Shown here piece after piece: positions 1 through 12,180 of a stretch of DNA of 64,000 bases (position 1 is its first letter; the number at the start of each line of letters is the position of its first letter). The stretch spans positions 310,001 to 374,000 of the forward strand of contig NOWV01000025.1 in assembly GCA_003344405.1 (NCBI GenBank), read 5' to 3'. Source of the DNA: Trichoplax sp. H2. Taxonomy: Eukaryota. The notes below the pieces were generated by a model. That model was not told the origin of the DNA, did not search any database, and worked only from the letters and a program-made list of their open reading frames with translations. Both the position numbers and the translations under genes were made by a program.

Positions 1-191
1 TGAATACAAAGATTTCCATTTTGATTTCCTTCTTGACTAGTAGATTACTACGGTTAAATAGACATTTCTATCAACAATATATTGTCCATCAACATCCATG
101 GACTACCACAAAGTCTGTTTCCAGTAGTTTACATTTCATTTCTACTTAGCAAAAAGAAGTGATTGAAAGATTCAATTTTCATTCCCTGTAG

Positions 192-3100
192 TTGATCTTT
201 GCCATGAAAGGGTGGCTAAGGCAAAGTAGCCGAACCATCAATATTATTCATCATCCTGTTGAATTTCTACCTTGGATGGAGCGATTGAAAATATTATTTT
301 CAAGATAAGTTTAGCAACCTTCTCATGGATGATTCTTTGGCATTTCTACCTTGGATGGATTGATCGAAAAGAATATTTTCAATCGGGACAAGATTGTCGT
401 AGAAACCTTCTCATGGATGATACTGTTGTATTTTTACTGTGGATGCTGAGTCATTGAAAATGGTATTCTCAATGAGGACAAGATGGAAACTTTCCTATCG
501 GTGAATCTATTGACGAGTATTTCTACCTAGGATTGAAAATGTACTTGACAACAAAGTAGAAACCTTCTCATTAATAATCCTGTTGTATTTCTACCTTGGA
601 TTGGACGATAGCAAATCTTTTCTTGGACCCATCAAATGCTGGAAAAAAGTAAAAATAGGCGAAAAAAATGGCCGTATCGAAGGTAACTCAAGTATCATCA
701 TCCTATCGATTTCTACTGGATGATAGATTGCAGCTACAAATCATCGTCATCGCCCATCTGCAGAACAAGTAGTGCAATATACTAGTGACAAAGTTGAATA
801 TCATGATCTATTTCTATCAAGGGAAGAATAACAACTTTGAAATTATTTTCTTTGCCGTCACGATAGGGACCAAAGCGATCAAATAGGCTAGTGACAAAGT
901 ACAATATCATGATGATATCCATTTCTATCCATAGATTATTATTGGAAGATGGAAATGTTTTGGCTATTGATCCTTTGAAGGGTCTAGTGATGCCAAATTT
1001 ACAATATCTTTTTACAAAGTCCAATGATTGACTAAAAGTATTTTCATCATCATGTCTCTATCTGTCCTACAAGATGGAAATATTTTGGCTATTGATGCAC
1101 AACCTTCTCTTAAGAGTCTAGTGATGTCCAATGGCGGTAAGTTAGTTTATGACTAAACGTATAATCATTTTTGGCCTACGGTTGGAAATTTTCTGTTGGT
1201 TATAGACCTCGAGCATCCTTTTGGCAAGGGATGTGAAATGGCAGTGACAAAGTTGATGAATAAAAGAATGATCATCATGTCCTTGTCTATCCTTAGACTA
1301 TCATCAGCAACTTTCTTTTGGTGATCGAGAAAGCCACCACATTCTTTTCGCCAGGGATGTAAAATAGCAGTGACCAAATTGATAAATAAAAGTCGGATTA
1401 TTCTTAGACTACGATTGGAAACTTTCTTCTGGTTACAGACCTACAGAATCCTTTTGGCAAGTGATGTCAAATGGCAGTAACAAAGTTCATGAAGAAAGGC
1501 ATCATGTCCCTCTCTACCCTTAGACGGCCATTAGCAATTTTCTTCTGCTTCTAAACTGACAACATCCTTTTAGCAAGTGATGTAAAATGGCAGCAACTAA
1601 GTTGATGAATACAGGTATGATCATGGTGTCCCTATCTACCCTTAGACTATTGTTGGGAAATTTTCTTCTAGTTATAAACCCCAATATGCTTTTAATAAGT
1701 GGTGTAAAATGGCAGTAACCACATTGATGAATAAAGAATTATCATACGACTATCTAGCCGTAGACTGTTATTGGAAATTTTCTTCTGGTGTTCAACCTCT
1801 ACGATAGTGATCGTGATTGGCATTTTTGAGGATGGAAAAAATTGAAAGACGATGTTAAACTCTCCTCATCGCATGTACTGATAGTTTACAAAATCAATTG
1901 AAAAGGATAACTAAGAAAGGAAATGGGGGGTTGCTTATTCAAATGGTAAAACAAACTTCGATGGAAAACAGACTCAAGCTCGTTTAAAAATTGACATATG
2001 CCCATATTGGATCTGGTTCGACTTACTGCTCGACGATAGAGACGATCATCCACATCCTCCATGGTAGGCCAATTGAATTCCCATCGAGTTGAATGATGAT
2101 CAGATTAGCATCCAATTTACAAGACTTTCATGGTAAGTATATGACTAAACTACAAGATAATTATTCTTGCTTGATGGTATCCATGATGAAAGAGGTATTA
2201 GTTATCCTTATGTAGTTTGCTGATGGTACAATAATGAGTAAAAAGACTTTGTAAACGTCGAGTCAAACAATTTCAATAATGTTTCTTCCTTTTACTCTGG
2301 CTCCAACGACATGGATAGATTACTTGTCACCTTCTACAAGAAAGTAAGACAGATTCAACAGAGATTGCCCATTGGGTCAAGGATATAAATAGTCAAATCA
2401 TGGCCTAATTCTATTCTCCTTTTCTTCTATTTATTTGTCTATTAAAAATTAAATTGACTGCAATGATCATCATTGGCTAACCAATTGATTGCTAGGACAA
2501 TAACATTTATTTTCCATTAATTTCCATGTAGTGGAAAAAGTAGTTGAACAACAGTACTACCCCATGTGGAAAATAGCCTTTACAATATTGATTGATAGTA
2601 TTGCAAGAGAATATGTTCAACATCATGTAAATGGCTTGAATCTTGGTTTATTTGGACTTGGAGCAAGTTGTTGTTTACGTACTCATTCCAACCATTTGTC
2701 TAATCGAGGGTAGAATTAACTGCTATAATGAAAATTAGACTCAACATCGACTATAACGGATTCTAATCCTCTTAAGTTATTATCATGAAGTTGCAAATTG
2801 ATTCGTCTAATACGTACAACATAGAATTGAAGGCGATCATGTAATTAAGCTTAACGATTATTACAACAGTTTCTATCTTTTGATGCAATCTATCCATCCA
2901 TTCCTCAATGGACGAACTCTATCTCGTAGTTATTTATTCATTTGATCCAGGAATGTTCATTGATGATGATCATCATCATCAAGTTGCAATCCATTCGTCC
3001 AATAGAGGATAGAAATCCATGCAATGATGAAATGAAGCTATTAACGTCTACTACAACCATTTCTACCTTTTAATTCTATCCATCACTCTGCGCTGTCTAG

Positions 3101-4365
3101 CTATCTTTTACTCATTTGATTTATGATTATTCGTTCAATATTATTCATTTTATGCATAGAATTCAATGCCATGATTAAAGTGGGTTTACAGTCTACTACA
3201 ACCTTTTCTACCATTTTATTTTATCCATCATCTACTCTGTCTAGTTGTCTTTTACTCATTGGATCTATGCGTTGAATATCGTTCATTTTATTTTAGGAGT
3301 TATCATTCCATTGGTGCAATAGAGCATGGCGATGATGAAATTGGGCTCGACCTACGACCACAGTTTCGACCATTTTAATTGATCAGATGATTTATCAATC
3401 CATTTATCCAATAGAGGATAGAACTGTATGCGATATTGAAATTAGTCTCAACGCCTACTACAACAGTTTGTATGATTTTTTTTTCTATCTTATGAATCAT
3501 CAATCCTATGTCTAATAGAGGATAGAATTCTATGCGTTGATGAAATTGGGCTCCAGGCCTACTACTGCAATAGCTTCTATCCATTATCCATCTTCCAATA
3601 GATTTACTCTATCTTTACTGTACAACTCGCTCAATTTAATGAATCGAAAATTGAATGATCCTCTATCGAAATAAATCTACAATTACCAATATCCAATCTA
3701 TCTATAGATTATCTACGCGTATATAGTATGAGTCTTGTAGCTTATAGTCATGAAGATCAAAGTGAGTGAGTCCTAAATAACATCGTCTATTCTCTCTCAT
3801 GAGTTGCCTTTTACCCATTTGATCCATGCCTGTTTATTGAACATCATCAAGTTATACGTCTAAATTGAGTTGTCTAATAGAGGATAGATTTGATGGCGAT
3901 AATGAAATTGGGCTCAAAGCTTTGTACAACTGCTTTTACTTTTTATACAATCCATCCTTCATTCTCTCATGTTCTTTATCTACTATTCGCTAAATTGAAT
4001 GAATCGGAAATTCAATTATCCTCTATGGAAATGAATCTACAACTATGAATATCCAATTTATCTACAGATACATTACGAATCTTGTTGGTCATGGTTATGT
4101 AGATCAAAGTTCATTAGATGATCTAATTTGGGCCTGAACAACATCATTAGGAAACAAATTGATAAACCCACCGCAAGCGATAATTTGCAAGTGATTCACG
4201 CTTGAAATAAACCCCAATCTCTATTTCAAGATGGCTATCCCAATGGTCGATGAAATACATAGAAATACGTCGATTATATTTCTTGCGATTGGTGTTCCTT
4301 TAACCCTTGATAAATATATTGAGAAGATTACTCTGCTTGATTTACAAGGATATACTATCAATTGA
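192..4365 (+). CDS. Tentative 3' part of a micro-exon gene entering from the left edge; reading frame not uniquely determined
   Basis: Series of AG...GT-bounded short non-repetitive segments between minisatellites: 659-682, 727-768, 1885-1945, 2040-2063, 2109-2132, 2216-2250, 2319-2343, 2599-2678, 4151-4190, 4231 onward. More than one open chain can be built, two implied introns are only 40-45 nt, and no domain was recognised. Confidence 0.3.
255..1160. repeat. Degenerate tandem repeats (two short families)
   Basis: Recurrent tttctaccttggat and aaccttctcat motifs (~80-90 bp spacing) at 260-600. Recurrent ctagtgacaaagt and tttggctattgat...tctagtgatg motifs at 780-1130. Confidence 0.75.
1140..1800. 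repeat. Degenerate minisatellite, ~115-120 bp unit, about 5-6 copies
   Basis: Repeating gatgt(a/g/c)aaatggcagt..caaagttgatgaataaa...cttagact...aaattttcttct motif. Confidence 0.85.
2780..4110. repeat. Degenerate minisatellite/local duplications
   Basis: Recurrent aatagaggataga...gatgaaattgggctc...ctac(t/a)acaac motif. Block ~3620-3710 recurs at ~3985-4070. Confidence 0.8.
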
Positions 4366-7300
4366 AGCGAGTCTTCACGCAGAAATAGCAATCACTAGTT
4401 TCAATTGAAATAGATAGTCGAATGATCGATCTAGCGATCAGTTACTGTACTTTCCATTTTAATACAAGTGGATGTAGGGGCCTGCACGCTAGCTTATAAA
4501 ATGTGAATAAATCAATGGGCTGCAATTGCAATTGAAATGGATGTAGGAAAAGGGATCTCTACGCTAATTTGTCGATCAATCACTCGCCATTTTATTGTAC
4601 TGTATATTCATGTAAAAGTCTCGTAGATGTCGGAATATAGCCTCTATTGTAGCTTATGGAACAATTTACTCACCCTCTTAATGTAAATTAATATAAAGAT
4701 ATCATGGCTGTAGGAATATGGGGCTCTATCGTAGCTAATAGGTCAAACCCCTAGCATTTTAATGCACAGTAAATTAATGTAGAAATATGTGCCTCTACGC
4801 TAGCTTATAGACTAATTACCTGCTACTTAATGAATAATGTTTATTGACTTAGAAATATCGTGGATGTAGGAATAGGGGCCTCTGTCTTAGCTTATGGATC
4901 AATCGCCCGCTATTTTAATATAATATAGATTAATGAAGAAATATCGTGAATGTAGGAATAGAGGAATTTATCTTTGCTTTACGTGTATAGATCAATGACT
5001 CACTATTTTAAATGTAAATTAATATAGAAATATCGTGGATGTAGGAATAGCGGTCTCTACACTGGATTATGGATCAATTATCCACCATTTTAATGTACTG
5101 CATCTTGACGTGGAAATAGGCGCCTCTATCCTAGCTTAGCGATCAATCATCCACCATTTGAATGTATATTGATGGAGAAATCTGGTGGATGTAGGACTAT
5201 GGGCCTCCATCCTAACTTATGGATCAATCGCTCACCATTTTAATGTAGAAATCTTGTAAATAGAGCAATAGGGGCCTCTACGCTAGCTTACGGCTCTCCA
5301 CAAGATGCTATCCTTAAAAGAAAGCCATTGTGCTTCGATCTATTCCATTTATGGTGATATTTTACAAGCATAAGTGATGATTTCTATCCTACGAGTAAGT
5401 CCAAAGGATGGGTGCTGCTATGTCTACCTTGCCTGTATGGCCATAATCATGGAGAGTTTATACGAGTCTAGTTGTAAGCCTACAGTAAGCATGAGATAGA
5501 TTCAAGGTTTAAACTATCTCCTCATCATGATCCATTGCTTCTTTTATAGTTCTTGCAGTATGAATGTTTATTTTTTACATGTTTGAAAACGTTATAGACG
5601 AGCAAGAGTTAATTAATTTACTTTCAATCGATGATGACAGCTTGAATAGACTTATTCTATAGTCGATCTTGATCTCTATTCTGTTTCAACGCTTCTGTTG
5701 GATTAAGCATATTATGGATCGATTGATTTTGATGTTGATCAATTAGAATTTATCTAGCCTCGATGGAGTTTAATGTTCATCAATTTGAGTTTTATCTAGC
5801 CAACTGCCACACTTTTAAGAGTGAAAAAAGGGCGTTCCATAGTATGGTGGAAAACAACCGGAAAGGCAACGTGAGATGGAAAAATATTGTTGCATTCAAA
5901 TATCAATAATATTCCACTAGGGTGTCTTACAATAACAAATTAACAAAGCCAATCCCCAATTAAAATGTATCCAAACTGATTGACAAAAGCAATTATCTAC
6001 CACCAATTTGTCCAGTAATAGATTCGACAACACAAGGCATGATAGACATGATCAAGGCAATGATGGATCAAGATGCTAATGCCATATCCATCCTGTATTT
6101 TGAATATCATTCCCATAAAGCCCGTTGAAAAATTGTCAAGCTTTCCTGTCCAATTCTTCTACTTTTGTAATTGTTTTTGGCTTACAGAGGTATATCCAAG
6201 CTACAATCGCAATTATTTTGCCATCCATATCATGTACGAGTATAATATAATTATAATAAGTTCATAAAATAAATTTCAATGACTGGGGGATAACATTCTT
6301 TACAACTAGATAGCAGATGATGGCGAAATATTATCTGGTTTATTTCCATTTCAAGTCTAGCTTAGCTCGATCATATCCAATTAGAAATTCATCTCCATCT
6401 CTTGACATGAGTTTATAAGTTGCTTATAGCAAGAGAAATTTGCCTCCGTGACGTTAGAAATACGCGTAGGTAATATTGGAAATGCAATAATTGAGAGAAT
6501 TATTGCTAACTATTTCTCCAAATAAGATCGATCTTGAATAAAGTAAGGATGTTTTGTAAAGGAAATATCATTATTGGGACATGGGATTGCATCTTGGTTG
6601 TTATTGAAGTTATGGCTAAGACCATGCTCATGTTACTATGCATTAATAAAATCATCGATCTAAGCCATTATTAGATCGTTGTCTTTCCCAGTCTTGTTGC
6701 AGTAAAAATGTTATTTCCCATTTTTGGGATAGAAGGATGGAATAGGGATTGTATCGCTATACAACAGTAGCATGGCAAAAGTACTGTAAGTTAGGTTAAA
6801 TCGTCGGAAAAGGAAGTCAAATTCTTCCTGCCGTATTTTTCAATTTTCGATGAATCTACTGTAAATCTGAGTTGGAGACGATGCCATCATTCAATTTCGA
6901 TCAGTCTAATTCTGCGTTGGATACAATCTGATCGTTTAATTTCGATCAGTTTAATTCTGTGTTGGATACAATCGGATCGTTCAAATTTGATGAATGTAAT
7001 TCTGTGATCGTTCAATTTTGATAAATCTAATTCTGTGATCGTCAATTTTGATAAATCTAATTCCATGTTGGATTCAATCTCATCGCTCCATTTCGACGAA
7101 TCGAATTCTGAGTTAGATACAAAGTGATCTTTCTACTTGGATGCATTTCATTCTGCGTTGGATACAATCTTATGATTCTATTTCGGTGAATCGAATCAAT
7201 GTGGATACAATCTGATCGTTCTGTTTCCATCAAATCGAAATCGAAGTACAGTATATACGTATAGATATGATATCATACAACTTTTCTCGTTTCCTCCCTC

Positions 7301-9688
7301 TCCCCCCACCCCCCAAAAAATGACGATTGCTGCGTTCAATCTTGCCATCAAACAATTTTATTCAGTAAATAAAGATCCATATTACAATTTCATAGTAATA
7401 GTGAGTAGCCTATCGCATAATCGATTGATTAACCTGGCTAGATAATTGTTTCACGGATAATCATCTTAATTAGGTAGGAAAAAGATGAGCTTCATAGCAA
7501 GATTACTCTAGATAAAACAGTGATCTATCCAAGAACTTTATGCTTCCATCATTGAATCATTGATAGTCCAGATGGCTAGTAAGACGTTGATTTGAAAAAA
7601 AGATTTTGACCGATTTACGTTTTCACAACGGTGTTACTACCCTACTAGGATCAAGTTAAGCAAACTTATGCTAGTGTAGTTTTAATTAATGAACGCGTAT
7701 TCCTTTCTGGTGGTAATTCAAGGTGAAATAATCTCACCTTCGAAAGCCTGAAAGGACGCCTTTTTAGTCTAATAATGAACACTTGTATCATCTACAATCA
7801 CTTTGCAAAAGCTAGAAAGGGAAAAATCGATCAAAGGCAGTAAAAACAACTCAATTGATGCCGTTTACAAGAAAAATAAAACTTGGAAAAAATGAAACTG
7901 CTTCTGAACAGTTCTCAATCAGCTAAAATAAACATCTTATCCATGCCGCTGTTGGAAAGCTAATTGGCATCTTACTCCGCCCGTTGATCATATAAGCTAT
8001 CTGTCTACATGAAATTAATACACAGTTGACGATCACTCATTCGGATGAGACAGGAGGAAAGCAAATAGAAAATGAGAACATAATCCAATTTATGTGAGAA
8101 GTAAATATATAAGAATATTTAATGAAAGAGAATATCATTGCTGAAAAATAACATTTATAGATCCGAGTAAGCGAAAGCATGATTCCATGATGCTGATAGT
8201 TTGGATACTTTATCGTGCAGTTCTTGGAAAGGAAATGGCGATGAAAAATCAACTTAATTTGGGGTCAAGAGGACAAAAGGATGGACGATGATAAGTCGGA
8301 TCACGAATCATGACTATCATTCCTTTTTACTGCTGTGTGGAGGTGCGTCCATATTGGTAGCATATTTATTCTATCCTAAATAATCATGCTTATGTTGTTG
8401 GATGACACTATGCGAGTGCCATAACAATCCAATCTCACGATTCTTTCTGACTCAATAATGACAGGTTAGGATAGGGGAACAAAATCAAATCGATGATGAT
8501 CAAAAGTTCAAGGATGAATTGAATGCTATCCAATCCTAGATTTGTTTCTACAGTCATTGCCTTCATCTGGATAGCGTTTTTTTATGTTCCAAATTGTGTT
8601 TATCTTCATCTCCTCTTGGTGCCACATGATGATGGATCAACGGCATATTTTTAAGCTTATCATTGAAATGATGATGACGATGAGTCACTGGGTAGGGTAG
8701 GAAATAAAGATGAATCATTTCCTGGATGATGGCAAGAGAAAAAAGGATAGTAAGCCAAATGGGGAATCATGACTGATTGGCTGTCCCTCCCTCCCTCTTT
8801 TACTTGTTAGCAAAGTCTATTTCATGTTGATAGTGCATTACTGGTAGAAGAAATGAAATGTTTACACTGTCGTCTCATGATGATGAATTGATCAACGACA
8901 CATTTTAAGCTTGTTCATAAAATAATGATGACAACGGATTAAGAAGGAAATAGTCGTAGAGATAATAATAAAAAAAAAGAAATGAGATGATGATAAGCAG
9001 AATGGGAATCGTTGTTATCCGCTGTTGTACTCCGTTGTAGAATTCATTTGAAAGGCCTGATCTATCGATCGGCTATTATGCAAAATCGTGCTGATATGAA
9101 TATTTTCTTGTGGTTGTAAAATGGAATGGTCACTTTTGACGGAAAAACTGTAGTGATGATAATCATAACTGATTGGGATCGAAATGGAGATTGGCAAGAT
9201 AAAACAATGAATGATGTTAAGAAGAAAAAAAAGCAAGGATAAAGGATGGAAAATGCAATCCAATACATCATTGCCATCTGATCCGAGTAGAGTACTGTTT
9301 GGATTAGGGTGGAAATAGAATTGGGAAAAATGATAGCAAGAAAAGAAGAAATGATGGCAAGTCCCATGCAATGCATGATTGCAATCGGCTGGTACTACGA
9401 GTAGGATTGAAATGTTGTATTTTCCAATGCAATGATAAACTCAAAGCAGCGAGTGATACAATCATGTTGAAACGAGGCCAAATTGTGTGCATCAAGATAC
9501 AGAAAGATGATTTGATGAGAAATCAGTATGATGATGGATTGCTATGGTAGACTTACTTCACGTTGCGAAGTGGCTTCGTGTTTTTTCTTGCGTTGCTTCT
9601 GTTTGGATGTTGAGCGTGCATTATTGGATGATGATGGATTGGTTGGATTAGCAGTAGCGGCAGCAGCAGCAGCAGGCGTAGTAGCCAT
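4358..9688 (-). CDS. Unrecognised 158-aa putative two-TM protein encoded by 11 exons, 10 of them micro-exons
   Basis: GT-AG exons read manually: 9557-9688, 9031-9056, 7976-7996, 7738-7768, 7386-7409, 6464-6509, 6186-6200, 5931-5975, 5428-5479, 5292-5339, 4358-4394. All phases chain into one 477-nt ORF: MATTPAAAAAATANPTNPSSSNNARSTSKQKQRKKKHEATSQREAFQMNSTTDLYDQRAELKRRPFRLSKATHYYYEILAIILSIIAFPILPTPWIYLFWIHFNWGLALLICYCLQLDSYKLSMIMAIQARSKHNGFLLRIASCGEPDCYFCVKTRFN*. Several donors are strong (gtaagt, gtaaga, gtaagc, gtgaga). Confidence 0.65.
4470..5290. repeat. Degenerate minisatellite, ~60-95 bp unit, in the last intron of the minus-strand micro-exon gene
   Basis: About 10 copies of (gga)tgtaggaataggggcctctacgctagcttatggatcaatc...ccattttaatgta-like units. 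Confidence 0.85.
6870..7230. repeat. Degenerate ~30-45 bp minisatellite (intronic)
   Basis: Repeating aattctg(c/t)gttggatacaatctgatcgttcaatttcgat units. Confidence 0.85.
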
Positions 9689-10059
9689 ATTGGCTCCTCC
9701 ACTAGGATGATCGTGAAGGGATGCTGTTGGAAGGAATGACGACTGCTGATGATTTGAATATTCTTGTTGTTGCCATCGATGATTACTCATATTATTATGT
9801 TGATGATGACGATGATTACTCTGCAACATCATCGAGTGGATATCCACTGGTGCTTGTACACCAAGCAATGGACAACGGTGGTAGCCGGTCAATGGTGCCT
9901 TTAAGAGAGCACTGGATCGCTTAATAAAGACTTCAATTCAAGCAAGATGTTGTACAACTGTTGTGGATAAAATGAGCGTTGATGAAATGGACAAATAGCA
10001 AGGCTGATCGATGCAAGCAAGCCAATAGGTAAACATTTCGTCTTGTCCTTTTTGCCTTC

Positions 10060-10720
10060 TTGGCCATCCACTTGTGGGGTAGGGCTGTCCCAGACCCACC
10101 TTGAAATGGTTGGGCTGGCCGACCCCGGTCGAGCGGGTGAGGGCTACAGTGTACAGTGTACAGTGTACAGTTGACGGTCGGCAGGGGGGAATACTGTAGC
10201 AGGGGGAAAATGCCTCAACTTGCTATGACTAGTCTACCACTGGTACACTCCATTGTCGCGTATACTCTTGTATGGATTATATCACCGACTACTTTCCTTT
10301 GCAGTCGACCATGGGCACTACGCGTCCACACCGGTCCAAGGTGGGCAAACAAACACGTGAGCGCCGACTTGTGGGTAGAAAGTCGATGGAGCCAACAAAC
10401 GACCATAGTGTGTATAGGTTGGGCAGTCATGTTTGTGCATGAGCCAACGTCATGGTCTGCGCCGACTTGACGCCATCACTTCTGCCCGTCCAAGCGTCTG
10501 TAGTACAGGACAGTAACCCATGGTAACCCATACCCAGAGTCGACTCAAGTGTGTCGTTGTGAGTTCTAGTTGTGACACACTGGAGTCGACACCAACACCG
10601 CCTCCAATCATAGCATCATCATCCAATCCATGACAACTGTCACGTGACCACCGGCAACAAGGTTGACCATCGACCGGTCAACCGTGTACGCTGACTCGAT
10701 TGCTCGTCCTTTCAACGGTG
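10060..10720. promoter_or_regulatory. GC/CpG-enriched island, probable (possibly bidirectional) promoter
   Basis: Visibly GC-richer than the flanks and immediately upstream of the minus-strand gene. Contains (tacagtg)x~4 at 10145-10171, palindromes gagtcgactc and gtcacgtgac, CACGTG boxes, and the hairpin ggttgacc-N7-ggtcaacc at 10661-10683. Confidence 0.5.
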
Positions 10721-10779
10721 CCAAAATCGACTGACTAATCCATCTTCACCACACCTTCCATCTGACCAATTTCGATCTT

Positions 10780-12180
10780 ACCATCTTCTCCATATTGCTC
10801 ATATTGGATTACAAGGATAGTTATATTGCATATCGTTCTATTTGACCATCTACTCCATATTGCTCAATCGACCATGGTGTAGTGATGCACCCATATTGCA
10901 TTACAAGGATAGCTATATTCAATATCGTTCTGTTTGACCGTCTACTCCATCACCTATCTTACCATCTACTCGATATTGCTCAATCGACTATGGTGTACAG
11001 TAGTGATGCACCCATATTGCATTACAAGGATAGCTATATTCAATATCGTTCTGTTTGACCGTCTACTCCATCACCTATCTTACCATCTACTCGATATTGC
11101 TCAATCGACTATGGTGTACAGTAGTGATGCACCCATATTGCATTACAAGGATAGCTATATTGCATATCGTTCTATCTCACCATCTACTCCATATTGCTCA
11201 ATCGACTATGGTGTAGCGATGCACCCATATTGCATTACAAGGATAGCTATATTGCATATCGTTCTATCTCACCATCTACTCCATATTGCTCAATCGACTA
11301 TGGTGTAGTGATGCACCCATATTGCATTACAAGGATAGTTATATTCAATATCGTTCTATCTCACCATCTACTCGATATTGCTCAATCGACCATCGGATAG
11401 TGATGCACCCATATTGCATTACAAGGATAGCTATATTGCATATCCATTCTGTTTGACCATCTACTCCATATTGCTCAATCGACCATAGTGTAGTGATGCA
11501 CCCATATTGCATTACAAGGATAGTTATATTGCATATCGTTCTGTTTGACCATCTACTCGATATTGCTCAATCGACTATGGTGTAGCGATGCACCCATATT
11601 GCATTACAAGGATAGTTATATTCAATATCGTTCTATCTCACCATCTACTCGATATTGCTCAATCGACTATGGTGTAGCGATGCACCCATATTGCATTACA
11701 AGGATAGTTATATTGCATATCGTTCTATCTCACCATCTACTCCATATTGCTCAATCGACTATGGTGTAGTGATGCACCCATATTGCATTACAAGGATAGC
11801 TATATTGCATATCCATTCTGTTTGACCATCTACTCCATATTGCTCAATCGACTATGGTGTACAGTAGTGATGCACCCATATTGCATTACAAGGATAGCTA
11901 TATTCAATATCGTTCTGTTTGACCATCTACTCGATATTGCTCAATCGACCATCGGATAGTGTGATGCACCCATATTGCATTACAAGGATTGCTATATTGC
12001 ATATCGTTCTGTTTGACCATCTACTCGATATTGCTCAATCGACTATGGTGTAGTGATGCACCCATATTGCATTACAAGGATAGTTATATTCAATATCGTT
12101 CTATCTCACCATCTACTCGATATTGCTCAATCGACCATGGTATAGTGATGCACACATATTGCATTACAAGGATAGCTATA
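10780..12180. repeat. Homogeneous 92-bp tandem array, ~14-15 copies
   Basis: Unit: ccatctactccatattgctcaatcgactatggtgtagtgatgcacccatattgcattacaaggatagctatattgcatatcgttctatctca. Two adjacent early units are expanded to ~121 bp. The array explains the repetitive ORFs at 10934-12249. Confidence 0.97.

Noticed and set aside
9528..10470. ORFs 9528-9710, 9721-9924, 10156-10470, 10215-10430
   Set aside because: These are antisense to the first exon or lie in the GC-rich island where stops are rarer, and they show no protein-like motifs.
10780..12180. CRISPR-like array or repeat-protein ORFs
   Set aside because: There are no unique spacers, no cas genes, and the context is eukaryotic. The 92-bp unit is not a multiple of 3, so the ORFs are frame-cycling by-products.
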